This document shows positions 8,400 to 15,812 of a stretch of 64,000 nt of DNA, piece by piece. Under the pieces are notes generated by a model. The model searched no databases and was not told where the DNA came from. It worked only from the letters and a program-made list of their open reading frames with translations. Position 1 is the stretch's first letter, and the number at the start of each line of letters is the position of its first letter. This DNA is from Chthoniobacteraceae bacterium. GTDB lineage: Bacteria; Verrucomicrobiota; Verrucomicrobiia; Chthoniobacterales; Chthoniobacteraceae. The DNA lies in NCBI GenBank assembly GCA_044221185.1, contig JBGAPP010000017.1, positions 4,018 through 68,017 of the forward strand. Reading direction: 5' to 3'. The translations under genes and the position numbers were made by a program.

Positions 8400-8416
8400 C
8401 CGGCTGGAATCCACCC

Positions 8417-8746
8417 ATGAAGGACGACCAAGAACTCCGTGAACTGCTCCGCAAAGCGGTGCCCGACGCTTCAGCGCCCCAGCGCTTCGGAGCCGCAGTG
8501 TGGCAGCGCATCCAGACCCGGAGCGAGGCGGAGGCCCGCAGCGGATGGAGGCAGTTTTTTGGAACCCTGTTTGCTCTGCGGACGCGCCCGGCGTTCGCTG
8601 CGTTTGCCCTGCTTGTGTCAGTCGGTGCTGCAGCGGGACTAGCATCACTCCGTGCGTCGGATGCGAACGCGCGTGCGCGCACGATGCTGGTGGAGCAGCA
8701 CGTTGCCACGATTGACCCGTATGCGCGGCTGGCCGTCACGCGATGA
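8417..8746 (+). CDS. Single-pass membrane protein, anti-sigma-factor-like (CnrY-like position)
   Basis: 109 aa with one hydrophobic helix (RPAFAAFALLVSVGAAAGLASL). Lies upstream of the sensor and ECF sigma genes, with a 4-nt overlap to the next gene. Confidence 0.5.
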   Translation: MKDDQELRELLRKAVPDASAPQRFGAAVWQRIQTRSEAEARSGWRQFFGTLFALRTRPAFAAFALLVSVGAAAGLASLRASDANARARTMLVEQHVATIDPYARLAVTR

Positions 8747-9207
8747 GACGGGTCGTGACCATGTTGCTGGCGATGGCAGCCGCGGCGGCGACCGCGTATT
8801 TGGTCCGCTATCATTTTGCCACACGCGAGACGAGGCAGATGCTCGATGCCCATGACGGAAGCGCGTGGCTGCGTTCGGAATTCGCGCTGACCGACGAGCA
8901 GGCCAGCGCAATCGCCGCGCTTCAATCTGAATACGAGCCGCACTGCATGGAAATGTGCTCGCGCATCGTCAAATCGCGCTCGCGGCTGGAAACGCTGGTT
9001 TGCGGGAGCAGCGCGATGACGCCGGAATTGGAGGCGGCGATGCTTGAGGCGGGCCAGCTTGAGGCCGAGTGCCGTGCCGCGACGCTCGCGCAGGCACTTG
9101 CCATCAGCACCCACATGGCCCCGGAGCAGGCCGTCCGTTACCGCGCGATGATTGCCCGGCGCATCCTGCCGGGCACGCTGCGCCACGACACGGCCACCCA
9201 CCGTTGA
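8743..9207 (+). CDS. Periplasmic heavy-metal sensor-like protein (Spy/CpxP/ZraP/CnrX-type helical protein)
   Basis: 154 aa with an N-terminal anchor (VVTMLLAMAAAAATAYL). LTDEQ-type motif (EFALTDEQASAIAALQSEYEPHC) and a second MTPE.../APEQ helix. His/Met/Cys candidates for metal ligation. Confidence 0.55.
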   Translation: MRRVVTMLLAMAAAAATAYLVRYHFATRETRQMLDAHDGSAWLRSEFALTDEQASAIAALQSEYEPHCMEMCSRIVKSRSRLETLVCGSSAMTPELEAAMLEAGQLEAECRAATLAQALAISTHMAPEQAVRYRAMIARRILPGTLRHDTATHR

Positions 9208-9209
9208 GC

Positions 9210-9791
9210 ATGAGTGATTCGCACGAGGCCGACGCCAACGCCATGACTCGGCTGCGCGCTGGCGACGACCTTGCCCTCAACGAGCTGATGGCGCGGTGGC
9301 AGCAGCCGCTCATCAATTTTCTCCTGCGTTTTTGCGGCAATGAAGCCACCGCGCTCGACATCGCGCAGGAGACCTTTGTGCGCGTCTATGAGGCTCGCGC
9401 CCGTTATGACACTCGGGGAAAATTTGCCACCTGGCTCTACACCATCGCCGGCAATCTGGCCCGTAATTCCCACCGCTGGCAGCAGCGCCACCCTTCCGTT
9501 TCACTCGACGCGCCGCTGGACGCTGACGGCCACACTTTTGGAGGACATTTGCCGGATTCCAAACCCGCGCCCGATGCGAGCGCGGAAACGAATGAGCGCG
9601 CGAAGGCCGTGCGTGCGGCCATCGCCGAACTGCCGGAAGACCAGCGAACGATTGTGCTTCTCAGCGAGTATGAGCACCGCTCCCACGCGGACATCGCCGC
9701 CGTCCTCGACTGCACGCCGAAAGCCGTGGAAACCCGCCTTTACCGCGCGCGGCAGACACTCCGCGAAAAGCTTTCGCGCTGGCTGGGCTGA
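9210..9791 (+). CDS. ECF (group IV) RNA polymerase sigma-70 factor
   Basis: Internal ATG of ORF 9069..9791. Region 2: ALDIAQETFVRVYEAR...FATWLYTIAGNLARN. Region 4: ELPEDQRTIVLLSEYEHRSHADIAAVLDCTPKAVETRLYRARQTLRE. Confidence 0.9.
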   Translation: MSDSHEADANAMTRLRAGDDLALNELMARWQQPLINFLLRFCGNEATALDIAQETFVRVYEARARYDTRGKFATWLYTIAGNLARNSHRWQQRHPSVSLDAPLDADGHTFGGHLPDSKPAPDASAETNERAKAVRAAIAELPEDQRTIVLLSEYEHRSHADIAAVLDCTPKAVETRLYRARQTLREKLSRWLG

Positions 9792-9797
9792 CTTTTC

Positions 9798-9855
9798 AAA
9801 AAATCGCGAGGGATTTTCCGGCGGGCGGTGTGTCACCGGATGAAAATATCGCGCC
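9798..9855 (+). promoter_or_regulatory. Shared promoter/operator-like element (copy C; perfect AAAATC-N6-GATTTT palindrome at 9800-9817)
   Basis: aaaaaatcgcgagggattttccggcgggcggtgtgtcaccggatgaaaatatcgcgcc, directly after the sigma gene stop and upstream of the Cys/His membrane protein gene. Confidence 0.4.
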
Positions 9856-9900
9856 TTGCCAACGGCACCGGCGCGGAATAGCCAGCAAATCGCGCTACCT

Positions 9901-10335
9901 GTGAACACTTTCCGCACCAGCCTCGCGCTCCGCCTCGTTGTCGTGGCGATGGCGCTGCTCGGCTACATGGTTCTCTCGAACCACTGCGCACTCGCGAGAG
10001 CGGCAGCGCAGGTGAAAACGGGAAACCTTGGCCAAGGCGGATGCTGCCACGGCAAACGGCATGGCGAACCGATTCCCTTTGAAAAGCGGGACGACTGCAC
10101 GCAGTGCTGCCGCTCACTGGCCGCCGTGATGCCGGACACTGCGAAGCTCGCGGACTCCCACGCGCCGGTCGCCGCGCTGCTGCCCGTGGTGTGGGCGCTG
10201 TGGAGTGACTCGGCGATTCTGGAAAAGCGTGCGACGCCGGAAGTTGACACCGGCCCGCCGCCCCGGGCGGCGACGTTCAGCGAACTTGTTCTGCACCGGA
10301 GCCTGCGCTCGCACGCTCCGCCCTTCCTCTCGTAG
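9901..10335 (+). CDS. Membrane-anchored Cys/His-rich protein (candidate metal-binding)
   Basis: GTG at 9901: VNTFRTSLALRLVVVAMALLGYMVLSNHC...GQGGCCHGKRHGEP...DDCTQCC... It has an N-terminal TM segment, two CC pairs, an HC, and a second hydrophobic stretch (VAALLPVVWALW). Confidence 0.55.
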   Translation: MNTFRTSLALRLVVVAMALLGYMVLSNHCALARAAAQVKTGNLGQGGCCHGKRHGEPIPFEKRDDCTQCCRSLAAVMPDTAKLADSHAPVAALLPVVWALWSDSAILEKRATPEVDTGPPPRAATFSELVLHRSLRSHAPPFLS

Positions 10336-10517
10336 CGGCACGGTCCCCGCCATCGGCGGGGATCCATTCCGTGCCGCCGCGCAATCCGCGCCCGTGCGGG
10401 CGTGGTGTCCCTGCGCGTGACTGTCCCCCAACCGCCTCCGCCGCATCGCGTGCCCGCCTGCCCGCGTGAGGCGACGGAAAGCAAAACCAAGGCGGGCTCT
10501 CTCAAACTACGAAACAC

Positions 10518-10811
10518 ATGAAACGAAACAGCATCATCGCAATCGCAGTCGCCGCGCTTATCGGCGGCGGCTTCACCGCGGCCTTCGCCGCAGACGAGCA
10601 AAAGAGCCCCGCCTCCGCGGTGCCGAAGGATTACCCGCTGACGACGTGCCCTGTCTCCGGCGAAAAGCTCGGCAAGCATGGCAAGCCCGTGAAGGTCACC
10701 AGCGAGGGCACTGACGTGTGGCTCTGCTGCAAGTCCTGCATCAAGGACTTCAACAAGGAACCCGCGAAGTTCGTGAACACGGTCAAGGACGCTAAGGCCA
10801 CGAAAAAATAG
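10518..10811 (+). CDS. Secreted YHS/TRASH-like Cys-motif protein (97 aa)
   Basis: Signal peptide MKRNSIIAIAVAALIGGGFTAAFA. TTCPVSGEKL...VWLCCKSCIKDFNKEPAKFV fits the C-x-V/M-x-G...C-C/S-x2-C-x3-F pattern of YHS/TRASH metal-binding domains. Confidence 0.6.
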   Translation: MKRNSIIAIAVAALIGGGFTAAFAADEQKSPASAVPKDYPLTTCPVSGEKLGKHGKPVKVTSEGTDVWLCCKSCIKDFNKEPAKFVNTVKDAKATKK

Positions 10812-10899
10812 CCCGCACCCAAACCGCGCCGTCCGGTTTCCGGACCGGGCGGCGCGGCTGCGCGCGGAGAGTCACCCGCTTTCACACACCAAAAAAGCC

Positions 10900-11049
10900 A
10901 TGCCCCAATCCTTCACCGTCATCATCACCGCGCTGCTGTCGGGCTGCGCCGGCGCGCCCCCGCCGCCGCTCACGGAAGCCTCGCCCGCCAGCCCGGATGC
11001 ACCCGGGGGCGCGCGCGGCGGCGGGCACAAACACGGTGCGATGTCATGA
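10900..11049 (+). CDS. 49-aa lipoprotein with a His-rich tail
   Basis: Own translation: MPQSFTVIITALLSGCAGAPPPPLTEASPASPDAPGGARGGGHKHGAMS*. LSGC lipobox. Its TGA overlaps the ATG of the AraC gene (ATGA at 11046-11049). Below the ORF-track cutoff. Confidence 0.5.
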   Translation: MPQSFTVIITALLSGCAGAPPPPLTEASPASPDAPGGARGGGHKHGAMS

Positions 11050-11951
11050 AAAGCGAAAAACGCCCGTCTTCGCCCGGGGTGCCGCCGCTGCTGGCTGCGC
11101 TTTCGGAGTCGAAAGTCTATCAGGATTACGAGGACGCCTTCACACGAGGCACCGGGCTGCCGCTGACGCTCCATGCGCCGGCGATGATGAGCGTGATGCG
11201 CCATGCGCGCCGCCAGCAAAATCCGTTTTGCGCGCTGATGGCCACCACGAATCAAAGCTGCGCGCAGTGCTACGCGCTCCAGCAGCAGCTGGAAAACGAG
11301 GCGCAGCTCGCGCCGAAGACTCTCAAGTGCTTCGCCGGTCTTTGCGAGACTGCCGTGCCAGTGCGCGTGGGCGACAAACTCATCGCCTTTCTTCAAACCG
11401 GCCAGGTCCTGCTGCATCGCCCCTCCAAGGCGGAGTTCAGCAAAACGACACGCACGCTCCTATCTTGGGGAACGAAGGTGGATTTGAAAAAGCTGGAGGA
11501 AGCCTACTTCAACACCCGCGTGATTGCTCCCGAGCAGTATGAGGCCCTTGTTCGGCTGCTCACCGTCTTCGCCGGACATCTCGCAGCCTGCGCCAATGCG
11601 CTATCGCTCAAGAGCGAACACGCCGAACCCGAAGCCGTGGCACGTGCGCGCGCCTTCATCGAAGCAAATGCCCAGGATGACCTGCGCCTCAGCGCCGTGG
11701 CGCAGATGGTGAACATGAGCGCCAATTATTTCAGCGAAAAATTCCACGAGGCGACTGGCATGACCTTCGTGGAGTTCATCGGGCGGACGCGTGTGGAAAG
11801 AGCGCGCAATCTTTTGCAAAACCCGCGCTGGCGAATCAGCGAGGTGGCCTTTGAAGTTGGTTTTCAGTCGCTCTCGCAGTTCAACCGCAGCTTCAAGGAA
11901 TACGCCGGACAATCGCCGTCGGAATATCGGGCGGGCATCTCCCAAAGGTAG
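11046..11951 (+). CDS. AraC-family transcriptional regulator with a PocR-like N-terminal sensory domain
   Basis: N-terminus FCALMATTNQSCAQCYALQ...KCFAGLCETAVPVRVGDKLIAFLQTGQV (PocR-like Cys pattern). C-terminus LRLSAVAQMVNMSANYFSEKF...ISEVAFEVGFQSLSQFNRSFKEYAGQSPSEYR (two AraC HTH units). Confidence 0.85.
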   Translation: MKSEKRPSSPGVPPLLAALSESKVYQDYEDAFTRGTGLPLTLHAPAMMSVMRHARRQQNPFCALMATTNQSCAQCYALQQQLENEAQLAPKTLKCFAGLCETAVPVRVGDKLIAFLQTGQVLLHRPSKAEFSKTTRTLLSWGTKVDLKKLEEAYFNTRVIAPEQYEALVRLLTVFAGHLAACANALSLKSEHAEPEAVARARAFIEANAQDDLRLSAVAQMVNMSANYFSEKFHEATGMTFVEFIGRTRVERARNLLQNPRWRISEVAFEVGFQSLSQFNRSFKEYAGQSPSEYRAGISQR

Positions 11952-11956
11952 AAATC

Positions 11957-12012
11957 CGAAAAAATGCGGAGTCTTTCTGGTGGGGTGCGTAGCGCGGAAA
12001 GTGTATCTCACC
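11957..12012 (+). promoter_or_regulatory. Weaker copy (D) of the shared upstream element
   Basis: cgaaaaaatgcggagtctttctggtggggtgcgtagcgcggaaagtgtatctcacc. It shares AAAAATGCG..TTT..GGTG.GT with copies B and C and sits upstream of the 12073 gene. Confidence 0.25.
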
Positions 12013-12072
12013 GAGTGTTCTCACGCGCGGCATTCGCTGCGTGGACAACAAACCTCAAACAAACACAACACA

Positions 12073-12438
12073 ATGAAAACACTACTCACACTCGCCATGG
12101 CCATTCTGGTCACAACCTTCACCGCAAAGGCCGGCCCCCCATTCACCCCCAACTGGACACCCATTCAGCCGCGCACTCTTGCGGCTGCTGAAGCATGCCA
12201 CAAAGGAGGCGAAGCCGTCGCCCTTGTCTGCAAAGACTGCAAGAGCGTCAACGAGGCCCCCAAGAAGGGGCTCGCTGCCTTCTTCAAGGCAGACTCCACG
12301 CACGGCTGCTCCGGCTGCGGAGGCAAGATCACGGTGAAGAACGCAATGTCGGGGAAGGGGCTGACCACCGGTGAATACACCCACGTGTGCTCCAAGTGCT
12401 CCAAGGATTCGACGACGTGCTCCAAGCACGCCAAGTAA
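12073..12438 (+). CDS. Secreted Cys-rich protein with three CxxC knuckles (121 aa)
   Basis: Internal ATG of ORF 11791..12438. Signal peptide MKTLLTLAMAILVTTFTAKA. Cys motifs: EACHKGG, VCKDCK, GCSGCGG, VCSKCSKDSTTCSKH. C/A-rich leader, followed by a terminator. Confidence 0.6.
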   Translation: MKTLLTLAMAILVTTFTAKAGPPFTPNWTPIQPRTLAAAEACHKGGEAVALVCKDCKSVNEAPKKGLAAFFKADSTHGCSGCGGKITVKNAMSGKGLTTGEYTHVCSKCSKDSTTCSKHAK

Positions 12439-12460
12439 CAATCATTGTTCATAGGTTGGA

Positions 12461-12498
12461 GGCCGTCCGGCGTGATGCGCTGGACGGCCTTCTTTCTT
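12461..12498 (+). terminator. Rho-independent terminator
   Basis: ggccgtccggcg, loop tgatg, cgctggacggcc (12-bp stem with one mismatch), then ttctttctt. Confidence 0.75.
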
Positions 12499-12639
12499 CA
12501 CTTGCCGGGCCCAAGCGTCCGCTGAAGAAACGCGGAATTTTTCCGGAGCGATGCGGAGCAATGGCGGGGCGTTTTGGCGAGATCGAACGTGTCGGAAGCG
12601 GATGACCGCGGAAGACAAAAATCAAGAAGGGCCAAAACA

Positions 12640-12777
12640 ATGAAAACGAGACTGAATCTGAAACTCCTGCTCGGCACTGTGGCGGCGATGAGTCTCGCGG
12701 CGCTCGCCGAGCCCAGCGCAAGCAGCTCACGGCAGGGCGGCTTCTCCAACAACCCCTATGCTTCAGAAATTCGATGA
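12640..12777 (+). CDS. Possible 45-aa secreted peptide
   Basis: Internal ATG of ORF 12574..12777: MKTRLNLKLLLGTVAAMSLAALAEPSASSSRQGGFSNNPYASEIR*. It is essentially a signal peptide plus about 20 residues and overlaps the next ORF by 20 nt. Confidence 0.3.
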   Translation: MKTRLNLKLLLGTVAAMSLAALAEPSASSSRQGGFSNNPYASEIR

Positions 12778-13045
12778 CGTAGTGGTGGAACTGAATACTC
12801 CGCTGGGAAGCGTCTTCACGGGGCGTGTGACGACTTTAGAACTGCGGACGAGCGACAGCGTGATCGCCATCAATCCGCCGAACCAAGCGTATCTGAGTCT
12901 CACGCACATCACTCAACTCACGCTTCGGGTGGGGACAGAATTCATGAGCTTCCGGCTCAAGAACGCTGCCGGGGGCCTGAACAACGGACGGCTCACCGTT
13001 CTCGCGGAGGAAATTCGCCGGGAGCGAGTGCCGAACAAGCAATGA
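12758..13045 (+). CDS. Small cytoplasmic-looking protein (95 aa) with a resemblance to the ATP-synthase epsilon N-terminal beta-sandwich
   Basis: VVVELNTPLGSVFTGRVTTLELRTSDSVIAINPPNQAYLSLT...GGLNNGRLTVLAEEI. ATGA overlap with the outer-membrane factor gene start (13042). Confidence 0.5.
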   Translation: MLQKFDDVVVELNTPLGSVFTGRVTTLELRTSDSVIAINPPNQAYLSLTHITQLTLRVGTEFMSFRLKNAAGGLNNGRLTVLAEEIRRERVPNKQ

Positions 13046-14322
13046 AGCGAGTAGCTTTAACCTTGGTAAGTCTGCTCATGATCGCGCCGATCGCTTCGGG
13101 CGAATCGCTCGACGAGCAGCAACTTGTCCGCGACGTGCTCGCCACGAATCCCATGCTCAAGGCCGCTGCGGCGAAGTGGGCGGCTGCGCGAGAACGAGTG
13201 CCGCAGGCAAAGGCGTGGGAAGATCCGATGGTCGGGGTCGATTTCGAGCGGATGGGAACGACGCGGTTCGGCACATATTCGGATTCCGAGTGGATGGTTT
13301 CCCAGACTTTGCCGCTCACCGGCAAAAACTTGAGTCGTGCCCGCGCATCCGAAGCCGAGGCACGCGCGGCCTACGAAGACGTGCGGCGCGCACGCCTGGA
13401 GGTGATCGCGATGGCGCGGGCGTCCTACTACCGGCTTGCCAATGCTCACGCGCAGCTCGCGATCAATCGGCAGAACCGCGACCTGTTCGACCGCGGCCTC
13501 GCCATCAGCAACGCGAAGCTGTCCGTGGGGAAGGCCGCGCAGGTCGATGTGCTTGCGACCGAAACCGACATTCAAAAGATCGATGTGGAATATGCCGGGC
13601 TTGAGCAGGTGCTGTCGGAACAACAGACCGCGCTCAACGTCCTGATGAATCGCCCGGCGAGTTCGTCGCTAGGGCGACCTGCGGCGCTTGCTTTTCGGGC
13701 GCTGGGTTGGCGTCCGGTCACGCTCGAAACGCGAGTGCTCGCGCAGCGCCCGGAGATTGCGGCGGCGGAACAACGGGTGAAAGCAGAGGAAGCGCGGCTC
13801 CAACTCGCGCGGAAACAATGGATTCCCGATCCGCAGGTGCGCGTTGAAGCGCGGCACTTTCGCGGCAGCGGCAGCACTTTCACGGAATACGACACGGGCG
13901 TTTTCTTCAGCGTGCCGTGGGTGAATCCCGGCAAATACTCCGCGGGCGTGCGCGAGGCGCAGCAGATGGTCGAGGCGATGCAGCGCGAACTCGATGGCCA
14001 GCGCACCGCCGCGCTCGGCAAGTTGCGCGATCAGCTTCGGAAGATTGAGACGCTGCGCCGGCAGTATGAGCTGTCGCGCGACAAGCTCGTGCCGCTCGCG
14101 CGCAAAGCCGCCGAGACGATTCGCGTGAACTATCAGGCGGACAAGGCGGGCTACATCGAACTGCTCACGACTCAGCGAATGCTCCGCGAATCCGAAGCGG
14201 GCGCCTCGACACAGCTTGCGGACTACCTCGCGGCGCTCGCTGAGGTGGAATCGCTCGTCGGATTCGATCCGACCGCCGCAGCGCCGGCAAAGGCCGTCGT
14301 TCCGCACAAGAAAGGCAGGTAG
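13042..14322 (+). CDS. cusC: Outer-membrane efflux protein (TolC/CusC-type outer-membrane factor)
   Basis: 426 aa with a signal peptide. Two OEP-type repeats with typical coiled helices (...RLANAHAQLAINRQN...; ...AGYIELLTTQRMLRESE...). First gene of a C-B-A efflux operon. Confidence 0.8.
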   Translation: MKRVALTLVSLLMIAPIASGESLDEQQLVRDVLATNPMLKAAAAKWAAARERVPQAKAWEDPMVGVDFERMGTTRFGTYSDSEWMVSQTLPLTGKNLSRARASEAEARAAYEDVRRARLEVIAMARASYYRLANAHAQLAINRQNRDLFDRGLAISNAKLSVGKAAQVDVLATETDIQKIDVEYAGLEQVLSEQQTALNVLMNRPASSSLGRPAALAFRALGWRPVTLETRVLAQRPEIAAAEQRVKAEEARLQLARKQWIPDPQVRVEARHFRGSGSTFTEYDTGVFFSVPWVNPGKYSAGVREAQQMVEAMQRELDGQRTAALGKLRDQLRKIETLRRQYELSRDKLVPLARKAAETIRVNYQADKAGYIELLTTQRMLRESEAGASTQLADYLAALAEVESLVGFDPTAAAPAKAVVPHKKGR

Positions 14323-14324
14323 CC

Positions 14325-15809
14325 ATGAATGCTCCATCACCTCGCAAAAAAGCACTCCTCCGTGCGGGCATCGCGCTCGTGATTGCCACGCTTCTCATTT
14401 TCATCGGCGCGCACTTCTTCTCGGCATCGAACGACGCGGGGACGGCAGTGATACCCGCCGGCGCGGAGGTGTGGACTTGTTCGATGCACCCGCAAGTGCG
14501 ACTGCCGAAACCGGGCAAGTGCCCGATCTGCTCGATGCCACTCGTGCTGGCGAGCACCCTGACGAAAAAGGCGGCAAGCACTGACGCAAGTGGCGGCTCG
14601 ATGCTCGAACTTTCCGAGCACGCTCGCGCGATGGCCGGTGTCCAGACCGCGCCCATCGAGCGCCGGAAGCTCGGCCGCGAAATCCGCGCGGTCGGCAAGG
14701 TGCAATACAATGAATCGGCGCTCTCCACGATCACTGCGCGTGTGGACGGCTACATCGAGCGGCTGTTCATTGACTACACCGGAGTCGAGGTGAAGGCGGG
14801 CGATCATCTTGTCGAGATATACAGCCCCGATCTCGTCGTCGCGCAGCAGGAGTTGCTGATGAATCCCGCGCAGAGCAGTCTCGCCGACGCGGCCAAGCTC
14901 AAGCTCCGCCGCTGGGAACTGACCGATGCGCAGATTGAGGAAATCACCCGCACTCGGAAACCGCAGGAGCGCATCACCCTCAAGTCTCCCATCGACGGCA
15001 CAGTGACGGAAAAGATGGTGCTCAAGAAAATGGCGGTGAAAGCGGGCGATGTGCTCTACCGGCTGGCGAACTTGGAATCTGTCTGGGTCTATCTCGACAT
15101 TTACGAATACGAGTTGTCGTGGGTTCGCTACGGGCAGACGGTCGAGATCACCACCGAGGCGTGGCCTGGCGAGACGTTCACGGGCCGCGTGTGGTTCATC
15201 AATCCCGTGCTCACCGACGAATCGCGCTCGGTGAAAGTGCTCGTGAATATCGCCAACAAGGACAAGCGGCTGAAGCCGGGAATGTTTGTGAGTGCCACGG
15301 TGCGCGCCGGTCTGCTGACGAACGGCCAGCTCGCACCCACCGGAGTCGAAGGCAAATGGACGTGCCTCATGCACCCGCAGGTGCTCCAGGCGAAAGATGG
15401 TCCGTGCCCGGTCTGCAAGATGGCACTCACGCAAATCCCACCCGCCGCTTCGCCGAAGCCGGACGATGAACTTGTGCTCGCTGTGCCTGCGACAGCGGTG
15501 CTCGACAGCGGCATCCGCAAGATCGCCTACGTCGAGCGTGCCTCCGGCGAATATGTCTCCGTAGAACTGAAACTCGGCCCTCGCGCGGGAGACTTTTACC
15601 CCGTGCTCGCCGGATTGAAGGAAGGCGACCGCGTCGCGGTGCGCGGAAATTTCCTGCTCGATTCGCAATTTCAAATCAGCGGCCTGCCGAGCCTCTTTTA
15701 CGAGCACCGCCAGGCCGGCGTTTCGGGACATCAACACGGCGGTCAGTCTCCTGCGCCCGCGGCTCCCGAAGGCCACGCCACGCCGAAACCCGCCGAACAC
15801 AAGCACTGA
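14325..15809 (+). CDS. cusB: Efflux RND periplasmic adaptor (CusB-like) with two CxxC heavy-metal-binding modules and a His-rich tail
   Basis: HlyD/MFP core (ITARVDGYIERLF..., SPIDGTVTEK..., RVWFINPVLTDESRSVKV). WTCSMHPQVRLPKPGKCPICSMPL and WTCLMHPQVLQAKDGPCPVCKMAL. C-terminal HQHGG...HATPKPAEHKH. Confidence 0.85.
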   Translation: MNAPSPRKKALLRAGIALVIATLLIFIGAHFFSASNDAGTAVIPAGAEVWTCSMHPQVRLPKPGKCPICSMPLVLASTLTKKAASTDASGGSMLELSEHARAMAGVQTAPIERRKLGREIRAVGKVQYNESALSTITARVDGYIERLFIDYTGVEVKAGDHLVEIYSPDLVVAQQELLMNPAQSSLADAAKLKLRRWELTDAQIEEITRTRKPQERITLKSPIDGTVTEKMVLKKMAVKAGDVLYRLANLESVWVYLDIYEYELSWVRYGQTVEITTEAWPGETFTGRVWFINPVLTDESRSVKVLVNIANKDKRLKPGMFVSATVRAGLLTNGQLAPTGVEGKWTCLMHPQVLQAKDGPCPVCKMALTQIPPAASPKPDDELVLAVPATAVLDSGIRKIAYVERASGEYVSVELKLGPRAGDFYPVLAGLKEGDRVAVRGNFLLDSQFQISGLPSLFYEHRQAGVSGHQHGGQSPAPAAPEGHATPKPAEHKH

Positions 15810-15812
15810 CCT

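Noticed and set aside
10824-10857. GC-rich hairpin after the YHS-like gene as a terminator
   Set aside because: The stem is imperfect with alternative pairings and no T-tract follows it. It was left unannotated.
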